A stretch of 62,937 nt of DNA, the filler included, from Cercozoa sp. M6MM (Eukaryota > Protista > Endomyxa: Ascetosporea): assembly GCA_040357565.1 (NCBI GenBank). It is 13 parts of 13 records of this genome, joined end to end, with 100 filler letters (N's around TTAATTAATTAA, not from the genome) between each part and the next. Parts side by side here need not be neighbours in the genome. Positions count along the whole stretch, not along the records: positions 1 to 6,799 come from JBDODJ010000692.1; positions 6,900 to 24,833 come from JBDODJ010000244.1; 11 more parts are not named here. One strand, 5' to 3'. A program made the translations under genes and the position numbers. Within the stretch, counting starts at the first letter, position 1, and each line of letters begins with the position of its first letter. Shown in pieces: positions 1 through 13,222 of this stretch. Below the pieces are notes generated by a model. It had not been told where the DNA came from and did no database searches. It worked only from the letters and a program-made list of their open reading frames with translations.

Positions 1-770
1 CGGGGTTTTTTAACTCACGGTCAGCGAACTGCGACAATACAGCGCGGCGCTTTTCGCCGAGTTCCTCCTTGTCGGCCACGTCAATGAGGCAGCGGTGGTA
101 CTGCAACGATTCTGTGCTCTCCTCTACTCCTACACTCTCAGTGAGCAATAAAATACTGTGGAACTCAGAGTCAAACCATCTGCTCCCTGGTCGCGAAGCT
201 TTACGTCGAGGTGAACGTTTGTTGCATTCACCGCGAGAGCATCGTCAACTAGGCTCATAATGCTGCCATGTCCAAGTCGGGCTTCCGCCTAAATTTACAG
301 ATGAAATGCTCGCACGCGCATGGGCACAACGAAATCAGAATAATTAAGTTACCAACTCTGCTACGACCTGAGCCATTTGCTCGCCGTGTCGCTCCTTCTC
401 AGCACGTAGCTGCTCCTGGAGCTGCTCTGAGTTTTCGCGAAGCCGGCGGGTTTCGGCAGCCACGTCTTCCCTGTGGAAGCGTGCTTGCCGAGCGAATGTG
501 CTCGTAATGACATCGATTGCCGCTGGACCAACCCCGTGGTTACGCAGCACCGGTTGTAAAGCAGCAAGCCCTGGCGGGGAGACCACACAAGCTGTCGCAA
601 CAAACACCAGACAACATGAGCAATGATGTACAACGAGGCAAGTCCTGGGGCTGTTGGTCGGCCATTTCGGGCGTTTGACGTCTTGTTGGTCAACACGTGA
701 GACTTGTTCTAAACCGATACGGCCGTTTTGCTCAATGCCAACACTACTTAAGGAGGCGACATCTCATTGT
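1..770 (-). CDS. Hypothetical coiled-coil protein, 5' part (spliced, runs off the window start)
   Basis: Minus-strand exon TFARQARFHREDVAAETRRLRENSEQLQEQLRAEKERHGEQMAQVVAE is heptad-like and flanked by intron-like DNA. Start codon uncertain. Confidence 0.35.
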
Positions 771-980
771 TCCCGTTTTGTGGTGTTTTGTTGTCAAAAT
801 GATGGTATGGGTTGACCCGAGCCTCGTTTAACCCACTGGCTGACGATAGGGGAGGATTCCCGGGTTAAACTAACGTAGGTGTAGTATTGCAGTGAACTGA
901 TGGGCTGGAATCTGCTTGCACCGTTGCGTTGTGCACGGCAGGGGTGAAGTTCGTTAAAGTGCGGGTTTTCGTCGCGTAGT

Positions 981-2559
981 TTACATGATGAGGCACACCG
1001 AGGCACGCGGCGACAAGCGACGGCGCGCAGTTGCGTCACCGGCCACGTGCCCCACAATGCATTGTCGCCATTGCTGTGTCAGCAAGATGCAAAAGATTAC
1101 AATTAAAGGTCGAATTGAATGAAAGCCAGGATACAGCACGCGCTTTGCCGGAGTGCATGCGCAGGTGCTCGGAGCAGTCGCCTCGACCGCCGCCGTGTCG
1201 CAGTATTGAGCAGATGCCACCGGGGTGCTGGGAGTATGAAGAAAGGTTTGAGAAGGCACGGATGCAAAGGATAAGAGGCAAGGCACCTGAGACAGCACAG
1301 GAGTGACGTCGTAGACGATGCCATCGGCGACAATGTAGCACGACTCGGGTGAGGCGTGACACTGGATCTCACTCGGCGTGAGTGCGTTCTGATGCGGTGG
1401 CAGGCGTTTCTCCTGCTCGTCAGTGCTCACGGTGGTCACACTCACCGTGCTACTGCCGGAGGAGTCACTTGTGTCCAACAGCAGTGGGTCCGACAGCAGC
1501 AGTGGTTTCCTCTTGGCCGTGTTGGCCGGCCGCTCGCCGCCGCCTCGCTCCGTGTGCATCGGAGCACACCTACACAAAGCATAAAGAGAGGATACATGGG
1601 CAGGATCTCCCAGACAGAGAGAACGCCAGCAGAAAGGGCACAAGCACGAGTCCGAAGTCAGCAAACACGGCTGCGACAGCACGTCCTCAATGTCGGGCAC
1701 AGTACTGCCACCGCCAGGCTGACTGTTCCGCCGGGAGCTACTGCTTGAGTGACAGTGTGCACGCGCACGAAGCAGTCCGAGCACAACATCGTGCAGTTCG
1801 AACAGCTTCCAGTGACTGCAGGCAGTACGTTAGGCTGGAGTGACTACAGCACCACACGGAGAAAGCTCCCACAAGGTACCGCGTCACCGTGAGTATTCGC
1901 TCTTGCAGTGATCGATCTTCTCTTGGTATATGCGCCTGTTTCGTTTGCAGCCACGTGGCGACTGCAAACAGATTCCCGGGGATTAAACCAAGGGTCAGAA
2001 AGGCAACACACAAGCGAGAACACAACCTACTGTGCGAGAAAACGACGCCATCAATGTCGATCTTTAATACTGCGGCTTTGTCTCGTCTCCTCTGCAGTGG
2101 CGTGCCCATCAATGCGCTCGATTTCACTGCAAGCACACATCGCGTTTAATACGAACCATTACACAAGCAAACTCCACATAGACGGGGCATACAGATTAGA
2201 CAACCAGTTCAGCATACGAATGAAAGTGGCGCCATCTCGACACACAATGCGCACAGTGGCGTCTTTGACCTCTTCTGACGTCGACACTGTGGAAGACACT
2301 TCTGAGCACACCGTTTCAGGCATGAACCCAGGTTTCTGCATGAAAACAAGGCTTGAGACACAAATGAAGCAAAATTTTTAAAAATGAGACAAACCAGGAA
2401 GCAACGCACAACGTCCGGTGCGAGCGTTTGCCAGAGGTGCACCAAGCGTATGGACAGGTGAGACGCACACTCCGGCAACCTGTGTTCGCGCCGGATCGTC
2501 AGCGCTGCCGCACCGGGATCATTTGAACTTGAGACGGAGTGATTGAAAAAATAGCGCAT
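981..2559 (-). CDS. Membrane protein with C-terminal cytochrome b5-like heme-binding domain, ending in CaaX (CLIM)
   Basis: Spliced exons give LTPSEIQCHASPESCYIVADGIVYDVTPVLSQ|HPGGICSILRHGGGRGDCSEHLRMHSGKARA|QWRQCIVGHV...SVCLIM*, with the b5 HPGG motif and a second His. Upstream exons are hydrophobic (VAFLTLGLIPGNLFAVATWL). Joining the N-terminal exons is inferred. Confidence 0.75.
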
Positions 2560-2646
2560 TCCTCTCTGGCGCTGCCGATCCCTCAAAGCTCGGAAGCTCA
2601 ACCACCAGGCGGTTTTGGTGTATTTGTAGTTAGGAACTTGTGTTTT

Positions 2647-2694
2647 TGACGCCCACCGAACGGAAAGAGAGAAACGCTCGTTCGGTGGACGTCA
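2647..2694. promoter_or_regulatory. 16-bp inverted repeat in a divergent promoter
   Basis: TGACGCCCACCGAACG (2647-2662), 16-nt spacer, CGTTCGGTGGACGTCA (2679-2694); one mismatch. Lies between ATGs at 2559 (-) and 2787 (+). Confidence 0.5.
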
Positions 2695-2786
2695 GTTTCG
2701 CAAATGACCCGCCGAGTAACGAAAATAAACGTCAGCTAAGCCTCAATTTGTCGTAAACCTCCGGTTAGAGCGCATCAGTAGCCAGC

Positions 2787-5282
2787 ATGGACAGAGTAGG
2801 AACGCTAGAATCTCGCCTGGGGCGTTTACGCAAGCGCGATTGGCTCCATTGTCAAACAGCGACGCCGAGAACTCGCAGTCGAGCCGTTGCTTCATCATAC
2901 GAACCTGTTTCGCGCTCAAGTGCTCGAAAATGGGCTATCAGTGAAGCACGGCAAGCGAAATTGCACAACTCTAGCGGTCGTCACCGCACTCGGAGGTCTT
3001 TGCTGACGCCGATAGCAGTTCAGCACCCCGGGCGCCGGGATCGCTCCAGATCAGCAGCGACGCAGGTGCACGAAAGTGTGCAAAGCGGCACAAAACTGAC
3101 ATCACCTTATTTTCCGCCCGTGCAACCGTGAGTTTCCTTAAATTTCAAGTTAAATGTTGTCCGAGAAACAGAAATTCAAGTCAAACAGATCGAGGCGCGC
3201 GAAATCAAGTCGAATCTCTGCGCTGGGCGTCGAACCCCTTGACAACGAAGAAGAAACACTAAAGCAAGCGTCTCCCAAGCATGTACACAGGAGGCGAGAC
3301 ATTGGTTCAAGGATAAACAGTTTCACTGCTACTGAGGGAGAGCAGTACCGACATCGTCACGTTTCTAGACGCGGCGATAAAACTCATGAGCTGCAACTGA
3401 CACCACGGAGCACCCAGATTCAACAGGTAAAACAATCCTCTTCCGCAACGCTTGGCAAATGAGCCTATCTGCGGTTTTGGAAAGAAAATTCGGTTGATGA
3501 GACAGACTCGGACAATACATGAGGGTCTCGAGGCTGTTGCGAAGCCTGAGGCGACGAAAAAAGATACGCGATTGCCTGTGCCGGCGAACGCAACTGAAAC
3601 GAAATCACGGCTGTTCATGCCGATCCATAAACAGGACTGGGATTTCATCACACTGAGTGACGCACTCGGCAGAGTGCGATATCCAGTCGGCCTTGCAAAC
3701 TTAGGAAACACGTGCTTCATGAACTCTGTCTGTCAAGCCTTGGTAAATTACGAGAGATGTTGCTATTACTTGTACGTATACTCTGCCGCAAGTAGCTCAT
3801 TTGCGCAGACCAGTTGCGTTCCGGTACTACAGTATTTTAACGAAGGGGCGTACCACGAAGACATGAAGCACCGATCTCGTCTCGTTTCCTCTTTTGCGAG
3901 GTTGTGTAGGTAAACTTCAGTTTACTGGCAAATGAAACTGCGGCTTTGCAGTTCAAAAAATAAGTAAATACTGACATGGCTCCCTGGACAGGTTGTTTTT
4001 ACAACGGTCGCGCTCGGGTGGCTTCATTCACACGGCAATGGAGTCCTTCCGCGAGGAGGTTTGCGCTCTGGCGCAGCAGTTCGCTTCCTTTGAACAGCAG
4101 GATGCCTGCGAGTTCTTTCGTTGCCTGATTGAGCTGCTCCATTCGGCAGTAAACCGCGTGCACGAGATGCCACCGTATGAAATGCTCGACGATGTCAGTG
4201 GCGAATCGGATTCGTCGAAAGCGCAGCGTTGGCTCAAAAACCACCGTGCCTTTGCCTTCAGTTGGATACCATACCACCATATAACTGGTTTTGCAGTCGA
4301 CAGGAATAATTCGGTGTTCACAAGTCTCTTCTCAGGGCAGCTGCGCAGCGTCGTGACATGCGAAAAGTGTGGGCATGTTTCAACGGCATTCGACGTCTTC
4401 ACCGACATATGTGTGCCAATTGCGCACTCTTCCGCCTCTTCATCAGTGGTATAGTAGACTTAGAACTCTTTTGAGAATTTAGTACCTGCAAGCACCGCAA
4501 ATATATTTTAAACGTGTGCGCAGACGGTAGAGGAGTGTTTACAAGCGTATACTTCTGAGGAGCTGTTGTGCGGAGCGGAGCAGGTGTTTTGCCGACGATG
4601 CAAGACACATCGCGATGCCACCAAGTCGGTGTCATTATGGCGCATGCCTTCAGTGGTACTGCGTCTCTCTTCACGACCGATGTTTTGGAAAGCGTAAACT
4701 TAGTATGGATGTCGAGGATGTGATTGTCGCGCAGCTTGTGATTCAGCTTAAGCGTTTCCGTGTTACCACTTGGAGTGCTCGCAAGCAGACCACAGCAGTG
4801 TCGTATCCAGTGCATCTGTCCAACATGCTGCGGTACTGCTCGAACCCTGTTTCTGCGAAGATAAACGAGACGTGTGGTAACACGAGATTTTGTGACTATA
4901 TTGCTTGAACTGGTTTCGTCCACGACGCAGTTGTATCAGTACAGGATATCGATTGTTTGCGTCGGTGCATCATTCAGGTGCTCTAAATTCAGGCCACTAC
5001 ACGGGTACAACAATGTTTTATCTTGAAATCAAACCATAACTGTACCCGATGGGATTCTGCAGCATTGTGCCGACTGGCTGTGCAGTCTTCGCCTCACAAG
5101 GACGAGTGGTACCACTTCAGCGACACAAGTGCGTCGCCCGTCAAACTGAAACCAGTGTACTTTGCACGACGACCCGAATGATGTTTCGAAATAAGTTTAC
5201 CAGGTGTGTTTGCAGTACAAAGTCGACTTCGGTGTACGTGCTGTTCTACGCGTTGGAAGATATCTCGGAGATGGCGCGGTAA
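2787..5282 (+). CDS. Ubiquitin-specific protease (peptidase C19, USP2/USP8-like catalytic domain) with basic N-terminal extension
   Basis: Cys box GLANLGNTCFMNSVCQAL, QQDACEFF, SLFSGQLRSVVTCEKC, LVIQLKRF, His box HSGALNSGHYT, WYHFSD and VYVLFY...* across many GT-AG introns. Confidence 0.92.
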
Positions 5283-5349
5283 GACATAAACCGACGTTTG
5301 AGCCACCACAATGAGGACAGAAGGCGACTAAAATAAAAAAGTACTAAAG

Positions 5350-6273
5350 TCAGTTAGAAAGACGTTGAAGGGGATTAGAAGACATATCCGTGTAGAAAGG
5401 CTCGTGGAAAGCGTGAAGGCGAAGGCGTGTTGAAGGCAATGAAATCAGCCAAGCACTGCATGCAGTCAAGTTGCGGATTGTAGAAAGGCGTCGCAGGCAG
5501 CGTCGGGTCGTCCCTCCACTCGAAAACAAAACAAACAAACAAACGGGCATCGACTTGACACCACTGCAACGAGTGGTGTCGACAGTTGCTTCCTCGTCCC
5601 AGGAGATCGCGGTGCCTTGATGTATTCTGAAGGTTCTCAGGAGTTGGCCGTAAATTTTATGTCTTCAACTGTGCACCGTTGGGTCGCGTTGGTGCTGTTT
5701 GGCATCAAACTGACTGATTTTTTAGTCTCTTCTTTCCATTAGGCCACAGTTTTAAATACCCGTAGGTAACTCGACTGGGTGCGGTTACATGGGAGCCGTG
5801 TTCTTCTTTTGTTGCTCGTTTTGTTTTTAACTTACGAGCTGTGCTCCAAGCGTTTCGATGCGACGCTCGGCTTTTAGTCGAACTCGCGCTGCTCTCGTTC
5901 GTTTCTTTGTGAAACAAGCATTTCAACTCGACTCTGAAAACCCCGTGTCAATCTTCGCTTCGAAGCTGTCGAACTTCGCTCGATGCGCGCCACACGCTTG
6001 CTCAAATCAGCCGACTAACGATTTGCCAGAGCAAAACGACTGTAAATTTACTGTCTGTCCGGTAACTTTACTCTGATACTCGTTCAAACTTCGGAGTCGC
6101 ATCTTTCTTACTGATAGCCAGCTGACTGGCTTGGAAGTGAACGCAAAGCCATCTACTGTATCTTGTTGGCTTGAGGGCTACTCAAAACCGTAACCTCTTA
6201 ATACCACATACAATGCGTATATGCACCAACCCCAAGAACGCGAGTGCGCACAAGCGAGGCCGCCTGTAAAAAA

Positions 6274-6327
<54 letters not shown>

Positions 6328-6768
6328 TACACACGCACACGTGTGCATATATATATATATATACGCCTCCTTGTCTTTCCAACGTCGAAGCGTCTTGCTC
6401 AGCGAGCTCACGCGCATGTCCTTGAAATACTCCTGCATGTTTTTCCACTCTTGCTTGTCGACGCCACTTGGGACGCGCGTTGCATACAAGATCGCGCGTG
6501 CGATAGACGAATAGTTGACCACTTGTTCACCACGAGCGAGACGAAAGTGAGAGTAGGACAGCGAAGAGATGATTCTCATCCACTTGCGCAGTGACCGCTT
6601 ATGTATGGCAAGGTCAACTTCGTTGCGCCGAGGCGTCGCCGAAGGAGCGTCCTGATTGTCGGTCGAGAACTCATTGGCAGGTGCAGGAGGCGTCACGACA
6701 GGCACAGCAGTGACGGCCGTAACTACCACAAGAAACGATGTTGTGCACACGCACACACAACACACACA

Positions 6769-6799
<31 letters not shown>
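5350..6799 (-). CDS. Hypothetical protein, 5'-truncated by contig edge
   Basis: Long open exon ~6365-6740 (PAPANEFSTDNQ...SSLSKTLRRWKDKEA) bounded by (TG)n introns. Downstream exons and the stop are poorly resolved; no family recognised. Confidence 0.4.
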
Positions 6800-6899
6800 N
6801 NNNNNNNNNNNNNNNNNNNNNNNNNNNNNNNNNNNNNNNNNNNTTAATTAATTAANNNNNNNNNNNNNNNNNNNNNNNNNNNNNNNNNNNNNNNNNNNN
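6800..6899. other. Artificial scaffold linker N44-TTAATTAATTAA-N44 (first of 12)
   Basis: Identical 12-mer with stops in all frames at 6844, 24878, 30019, 33669, 39170, 40443, 42133, 46113, 47957, 51319, 53087 and 55128, each inside N runs. Confidence 0.97.
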
Positions 6900-9092
6900 G
6901 GGGGGGGGGGTAAATGTAGGCAGATGTTGCAACACGACAAACGTACGGTTGCGCGGAGCCTCAAGGTTCGACTTGAAAAAGAAGAACTGCACAAAGTGAA
7001 AGCTCCGAGGAAGGTTTTTGAAGGGACAGGTATCCGAATACCTCATCGGTACTGCAGACAAACTCGTGTCCAGCCTGCATGTCGTCGACCAGCTTGACAA
7101 TCTCCTGTACAAATGAAGATACGCGGTGGGACAAGTGGACAGGTGTAAACACGGCTACAGGTGCCGATGGATCTTGAACAGTTTCCTCAATGTCCAAACT
7201 AATCATACATGGGGAAAGAAAATCAAGGTACAGCAAGTACAAAGTAATGAATACAGCCACAGACGGTTCTTGGGGTCGCACGAGTCAGTGATCGACACCT
7301 GCATGGGTATGCGTCCTACAGGGGTCACACATAGAGCAGGAGGTACCACGAGGGTGCGGTCTTGATGACACGTCTGCAGGTGGAACATCCAGCGACTGTC
7401 GCCAAGCATCGATGTGTCCAACACGCGCACATCCTCGCTTTGCACAGTGCCTGTGTTCACTCAATAGGTCACATGCGATCACTCACTGGTGAGTCACAAC
7501 AGTGGGTCACAAGACGTAGAGGAAGGTACCGACTCGGTGGTAGTACACCTGCTGACCCTGCACCTGCGTGGTCTCGGTTCCTTCGGTACCGCCACTCTCG
7601 GGATAGCGCACGTAGAACAAACCCTGCTTGTCCTTGGTCCAGGCCTGTCTCGAGCCGAGGGAGATTCGGATTGAGAGGAAGAGTACACATTGAAGGAGGA
7701 AGCGTAGTATACCACCGAGGTGAACTTGCAGTGACGCAACGTATCAATCGAATCATCCTCGTTCCACGGAATGCCGGACGAAGCAGTCACCAGGTCGTCC
7801 ACCCGGGCGATACGGATCGTGCGCCAACTGTAGATTAACCGTATTATCCCTCCTCACAGTTCCGCCCCATAGAGTAACAGTACTCGGAGCCCTTCTCCTG
7901 CACGGCGTAGGCAACGTGAGTGCCGTCGCGAGTGAACCATGTGGCTGCCAGTGCCGTGGAACCATCGTCGCTCCACTGGTCTGCAATGCGAAGAAAAGAG
8001 GATATATTTAAAGTACAAGACCACAGAGAGGTTACTCGGGTTTAAAACGCACTGCGCTTGCTCGTGCTTTGGCCAGTTCTCATCTATGCACATGGAGGGG
8101 TAAATGGGATCAAGGGTAAAGCAAGAAAGGGTTTACCCTCCAGTGCTTGTACAGGAATACGCATGCGACGCGAGTGGTTTTCCAGACCCGGGTTGTACGA
8201 ATAGTGCATCCAGTCACCGCTGATACAGACGAAACACACACTCAACACAAAAACATCACGCCTACTGGCACACTGGTACCGTCGGAACGGCTTGCTCACT
8301 TTCTCATAGTTCTGCACAAGCGCAAGGTGGAGATATGGTGCAACTTTAAGGTCAACGAAAGCAAGGGGTAAAGGCATATTTAATCTACGGAATACTGACG
8401 CATCTGCCGCGCGATTTCGACGCGATCGGCGCGCTGAGGCTCCAGAAACTTCTGTGCAGTGGCCAGGAGTACCAGAATGAAAGGAGGGAGCAAACAACAT
8501 ACATCAGTAACGTTGTTCTGCGCCTCGACAAAGCGAACCGTATCTTCAGCATCCGGATCATGCAACCCTATGCTCAAACATAAAATTATAGAACACAAAA
8601 TAAGGTTGAACAGACAAGATACAGACGTAAGGGTCCGGAACTTGCACCACCTCGATCGTGCCATTCTTGTCCACTTTGAAAGTGTCCACGTGCGTCGATC
8701 TGAAGGCGGCAGGATAATCGTAGGCCTTCAAGCGTGCAGCTCCGCAAACGGCCAAAAGAGGGAGCTAAACACATGTACAGAATGAAACTAGACCATCGTG
8801 TTCTCGGTACCATGCAATGGTACATGTACATGCAAATTCGAGTCATAAATCACAAAGACCAGAAAAAGCACTCGGACTTCAAATCAAAGAACCAGAAAAA
8901 GCAATGGTTGGTTCCACTGATAATCTGCGGGAAAAAACGTACTGTTTCCATCTCTTGAGATTCTGCACTTCTTGCTGCACACTGCTCACTCGGTATTTCG
9001 CTTTCTGTCAAGCTCGCAAAAAAGCGGCTCACGCGAGCCGAAGATTTTCTAGGAGGCTGTGCCCTGACTATCCGCGTGAGTACACTCCGCAT
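6900..9092 (-). CDS. PREP: Prolyl oligopeptidase (S9A), N-terminal and beta-propeller part, 3'-truncated
   Basis: YDYPAAFRSTHVDTF...VPDPY|GLHDPDAEDTVRFVEAQNNVTD, NYEKVSKPFRR, YSYNPGLEN, SDDGSTALAATWFTRDGTHVAYAVQEKGS and DTLRHCKFTS match the POP N-terminus and propeller. Confidence 0.88.
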
Positions 9093-9266
9093 ACTACCGC
9101 TCTGTAATTAATGGCAATACTTAAGTGATGCCGGAACCTTCATAGGCTCAGAAACACCGATTTTTAAAATTGATCAGGTGGTCTCGACTTGAGTGCCTCT
9201 TCCCCCAGTTTATAATGAAACCAACTAAGCGGCTCCCCCCTGCACCAGTCTAGGGTGGGTGCTAAT

Positions 9267-11538
9267 TTAGATAACAATTCCGCCAAAGGCACTAAACATG
9301 CCGCGAGCCGCGTCGCGCGCACCAGGTGACGATGCCGACTCATCAGTCACACCGACGGGTCTTGGTCGAGCAGCGTTGTGAGCAGTGGGAGGGGTAGCGG
9401 TTCCAACGGAGTGCATTGTAGGAGCATCGCCTGTCACAAGCGATGCCATCTGCTGCGCTAGGTGCTCCATCTCGCTGCTTGGGTCCGAGAAAGGCGATGA
9501 CACAGAGGGAAGTCCAAACAGCACGTTGCGCGGAAGTGCAGACAGAGCAGTTGCGCTGTTGCCCTGTCCGATGACTCCGACACGAACTGGTCTCGGCTGC
9601 GACTGCGACCGGTCCTGCTGTCGTCCTTGTGGTTGTGGTTCTGGTTGTTGTTGTTTGTGGAGTGATTGTACAGTATCTGGAGTGTTCTCATTGTTGTCGT
9701 TCTCGTTGGTGGTTCGTTGTCTCTCTTGTCGCAATGCTCGCCGCCGATCCTCAAGCAGTTTCTCATACGCCTCCTCCTATGGTTATGTAGAGCAGGTATA
9801 GCCAAACATAAATAGGTTAGAGTGACAGACACCTCGTAACGTCGCTCCTGCTGCTGTCGCTGTTGGTCAAGTTTTCGCTCAGCTTGTCGTTTCTCTATTT
9901 CGTTTCGATCTTGCCGCTGCCGCTGCCGCTGCGATTTATCTTTCTTTTTGCGCTGTCGCTTGTTTCGCTTGCGCTGTCGCTGCAGCGTGGCTGCAGACAA
10001 ACAAACAAACAAACATCAACTAAAGTCAAACCATAGAAACTTCGGGTATAAAAAATGCAGGGTCACCATGATCCAGAATTGTCGGGTGCTGAGTCTGTAG
10101 CATCTCACCTTTCGCCAGCGAGAGCGACCAATCGCTCCAGTCACCACTGCCGGCAAAGGTATGACACCGCACGCGCGCTGCAAAGCTCCATCCCGAAAGC
10201 AGTCCATGAAGCTCGTATCGCGTGCCAACGCCGCTGTAGACGTCGTAGATATCCACAGGCGCATCCGTGATCTGTATGCATCGACATGAAGCAGTGCAAG
10301 GTAAACAGAACCAAGAAGTACCCGCTGGATCGGCGAGATTTGCAGGTCGAACGAAGACACGTCGAGTTTCGTCTCGGGTTTGTGCCACTGCAGCGACAGC
10401 GACACCGTGTGCTCATTGCGGCATAGTGTCATGGTCATTCCAGGCGGCTCCATCACCGGACACGGATCAAACGGCGCCGGTGACTTTGATTTCTTGGGTT
10501 TGCGCTTGCCGCGAGGACTGTGACTGTGTCGGTGACATGCGGCACCGTACGCGGCCTCCAAGTCGCCGTCGCCGTCAAAATCAAAGCCTGGAATCGGCGT
10601 GTCTCGTGTCGGCCACACATTTGCCGAGTGCTGTGGCTTGGCCTGGGACCCATTGCATCAATGACATAAATGCAAAGAATGGAGGGGGGCACCAGCTGAC
10701 GTTGCTGCCACATGTCGCGCAATCGATCGCGTTGATTCACTTGCACTTGTTCGCCTGAGCGACTCACCAATCTAACTTTGGCCGAATAGAGATATCAGCG
10801 GTTTAAAAGTACGTTTCTTTGTTTTTCTTCGCGAGCGACGCTTTTTAACGCCACTCAATTTCATCTGCACGGCAGGGAAGAGCAAAAGTAGAAGCAAGCA
10901 AGCAACACTATACCTCAGAGATCGGCGTCTCGACATCCAGATGCATATCCCCACAGCACGGGCAATCTGCCGTGCAGTTAAATACGATCAATATTATCAT
11001 TATACTGCATTTTGCAAAAGCTGCACACACCACCGGAAATCGCCAACGATGATGCAGTCGCATCCAGGTCCGACCAATCCTACGCGAGTTTATACAGCAG
11101 TTTCTTAATTCAGAACCAACAACCGACCATCACGTGTCTTGAAAAATCATGGAAGCGAGAGAAGGCGTCTCGCGTATCTGCGTTTGGAGCCAGTGAAAGC
11201 AAATCCTCGGCGTTGATCTGTGAAAAATCCCAACTCGATTGAAGCAATCTGTAAGAAAGACAAAAACACTACGTCAGGACCGTCTCGACGCCGAACGAGT
11301 GAACGTACGGCGTAGAACAGCGCGCGCGAAATTCGAGCGAAAGCTGCATCATCGCGTTCAACCGTCGTCGAGAGCTTGCGATATGCTACAATTGAATGAA
11401 ACGAACGAGTGAGCTTTCGGAAATAAAAAGCAAGCTACACGTAAAGCACAGACGCGCTGTTTCTTCGAGGTTTCGCGTGCTCTCCACCGGAACTTTAAGA
11501 ATGCGAAGACATTCTTCCAGATGGGGTTCGGGCGCCAT
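9267..11538 (-). CDS. Fibronectin type III domain protein with charged coiled-coil and low-complexity C-terminus
   Basis: FN3 pattern SLSLQWHKP...FDLQI...DVYSGVGTRYELHGLLSGWSFAARVRCHTFAGSGDWSDW, then a K/R/Q/E-rich segment. Stop at 9267, likely ATG at 11538. Confidence 0.7.
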
Positions 11539-11941
11539 GCACCGCTTCGCGAACTGAAAGTCAAGAATGCTAAAAACTGATAAATACAAAATATGCGTTT
11601 TACTCGGTGCCGCTTTTACTCGGGAATCGGTGAAGTTCAGGGGTGGTTAAATATTGTTCTCTAACTCGGAAGCCGACCAGGCGCATTGGATGTAGGAGAT
11701 CGGCTTCGTTACAGGCGGGATGCGAATTTAGAGCCGAGGCTACCAGAATTGAGCCAGACAGTACCGTACTGTACAGATGATTTCTTTTTTTGTTTTTTTC
11801 AACAATCCACATCGATCACCTCTCGTTCTCCAGCAGTGCGGTGATCAGAGAATCCCAGATAACTGGCTTCATTGTGATTTGTTTTTAGTGCGGATCGGTG
11901 ATTCTTAGCAGCGCTAAGGCACAAAGCACTGCCACCCATTC

Positions 11942-12044
11942 ATGAGCCGCTTGTTTCGGAAAAAAACCGCTGAAAAGCTGGTTCATATTCACTTAATCGA
12001 AGCATGTGACCTCCCTGCAGGCGATCTCGGTGTACGTGTGTTTA

Positions 12045-12081
<37 letters not shown>

Positions 12082-12181
12082 NNNNNNNNNNNNNNNNNNN
12101 NNNNNNNNNNNNNNNNNNNNNNNNNNNNNNNNNNNNNNNNNNNNNNNNNNNNNNNNNNNNNNNNNNNNNNNNNNNNNNNNN

Positions 12182-12213
<32 letters not shown>

Positions 12214-13062
12214 GTGTGTGTGTGTGTGTGTGCGTGTGTGTGTGTGTGTGTATTATGTGTTTCTGAAGAGGAATTTGCTGACCATGTTTGTTTGTATGTG
12301 TGTGTGTGTGTGTGTGTGTGCTTAGGGTTCATGCGACCCCTTCATGAAGATTTCACTGCGCAAAAGAGGCCGAGTGCGCAGCAGTGTTAAATCTCGCGTT
12401 GCCCGGGACACACGCGAACCGGTTTGGAACGAGGTATTTTCGCTGCCGCTCACGGGCAAGATACTTAGCCATCCATCTGAGCACTCTCTCACTCTTCAGG
12501 TAGCAGTGTTTTGTCTTACCCTATGAGCACTCTTCCCCTTCTCATCCTCGCTTGTTTAGTTGCGAGATTGGGATCGATTCTCTCGCAACGACGCGCTCGC
12601 TGAAGTCATTATTCCTGTACTCTAGTATTTGAAGGATCTATTGCCTGTGTATACTTACGTGTGTATGTGGGTGTACATAGTTGAAGCAGATAGTTTCAAC
12701 AGTCGAGCGCAGCAACGAAAGCTTAGATGATCGTCGTTTTTCGCTCAGCAGCACGGTGTCTATGCCCTTCAGCACGCATTCTGTATCTTGTGACATGCGT
12801 CGTTTGTGATTTGCGAGACAGATGTCGACCTTTTCGGCACAGAGCACAGCCGCTACAACTGGTAGCCGTGACGAACCGTCGCTCCAGTGGGCTGCCACCC
12901 TGGGTGTGACCCAGGCAACACTGTCCAAAAAAGACACTCGTGTTTTCACCGGATGGTGGCCTCTGACACTGTTGAACAAAAAGAACGCCCGCAAGGGCAA
13001 GGTGCTCCTTTCGATCGCGATCGACGACGCGCCTGCACTGTACTCTCTCTTTCTCTTTCTTT

Positions 13063-13129
<67 letters not shown>

Positions 13130-13139
13130 NNNNNNNNNN

Positions 13140-13222
<83 letters not shown>

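Noticed and set aside
5850-6000. Stop-codon reassignment suggested by interrupted frames
   Set aside because: In the well-conserved genes the interruptions resolve as GT-AG introns, and TAA, TAG and TGA all end genes (e.g. SRP68 TAA, GARS TAG, USP14 TGA).
5350-6799. Possible Tc5/pogo transposase (HTH-like SKTLRRWK)
   Set aside because: No DDE domain or terminal inverted repeats seen; the similarity is too weak.
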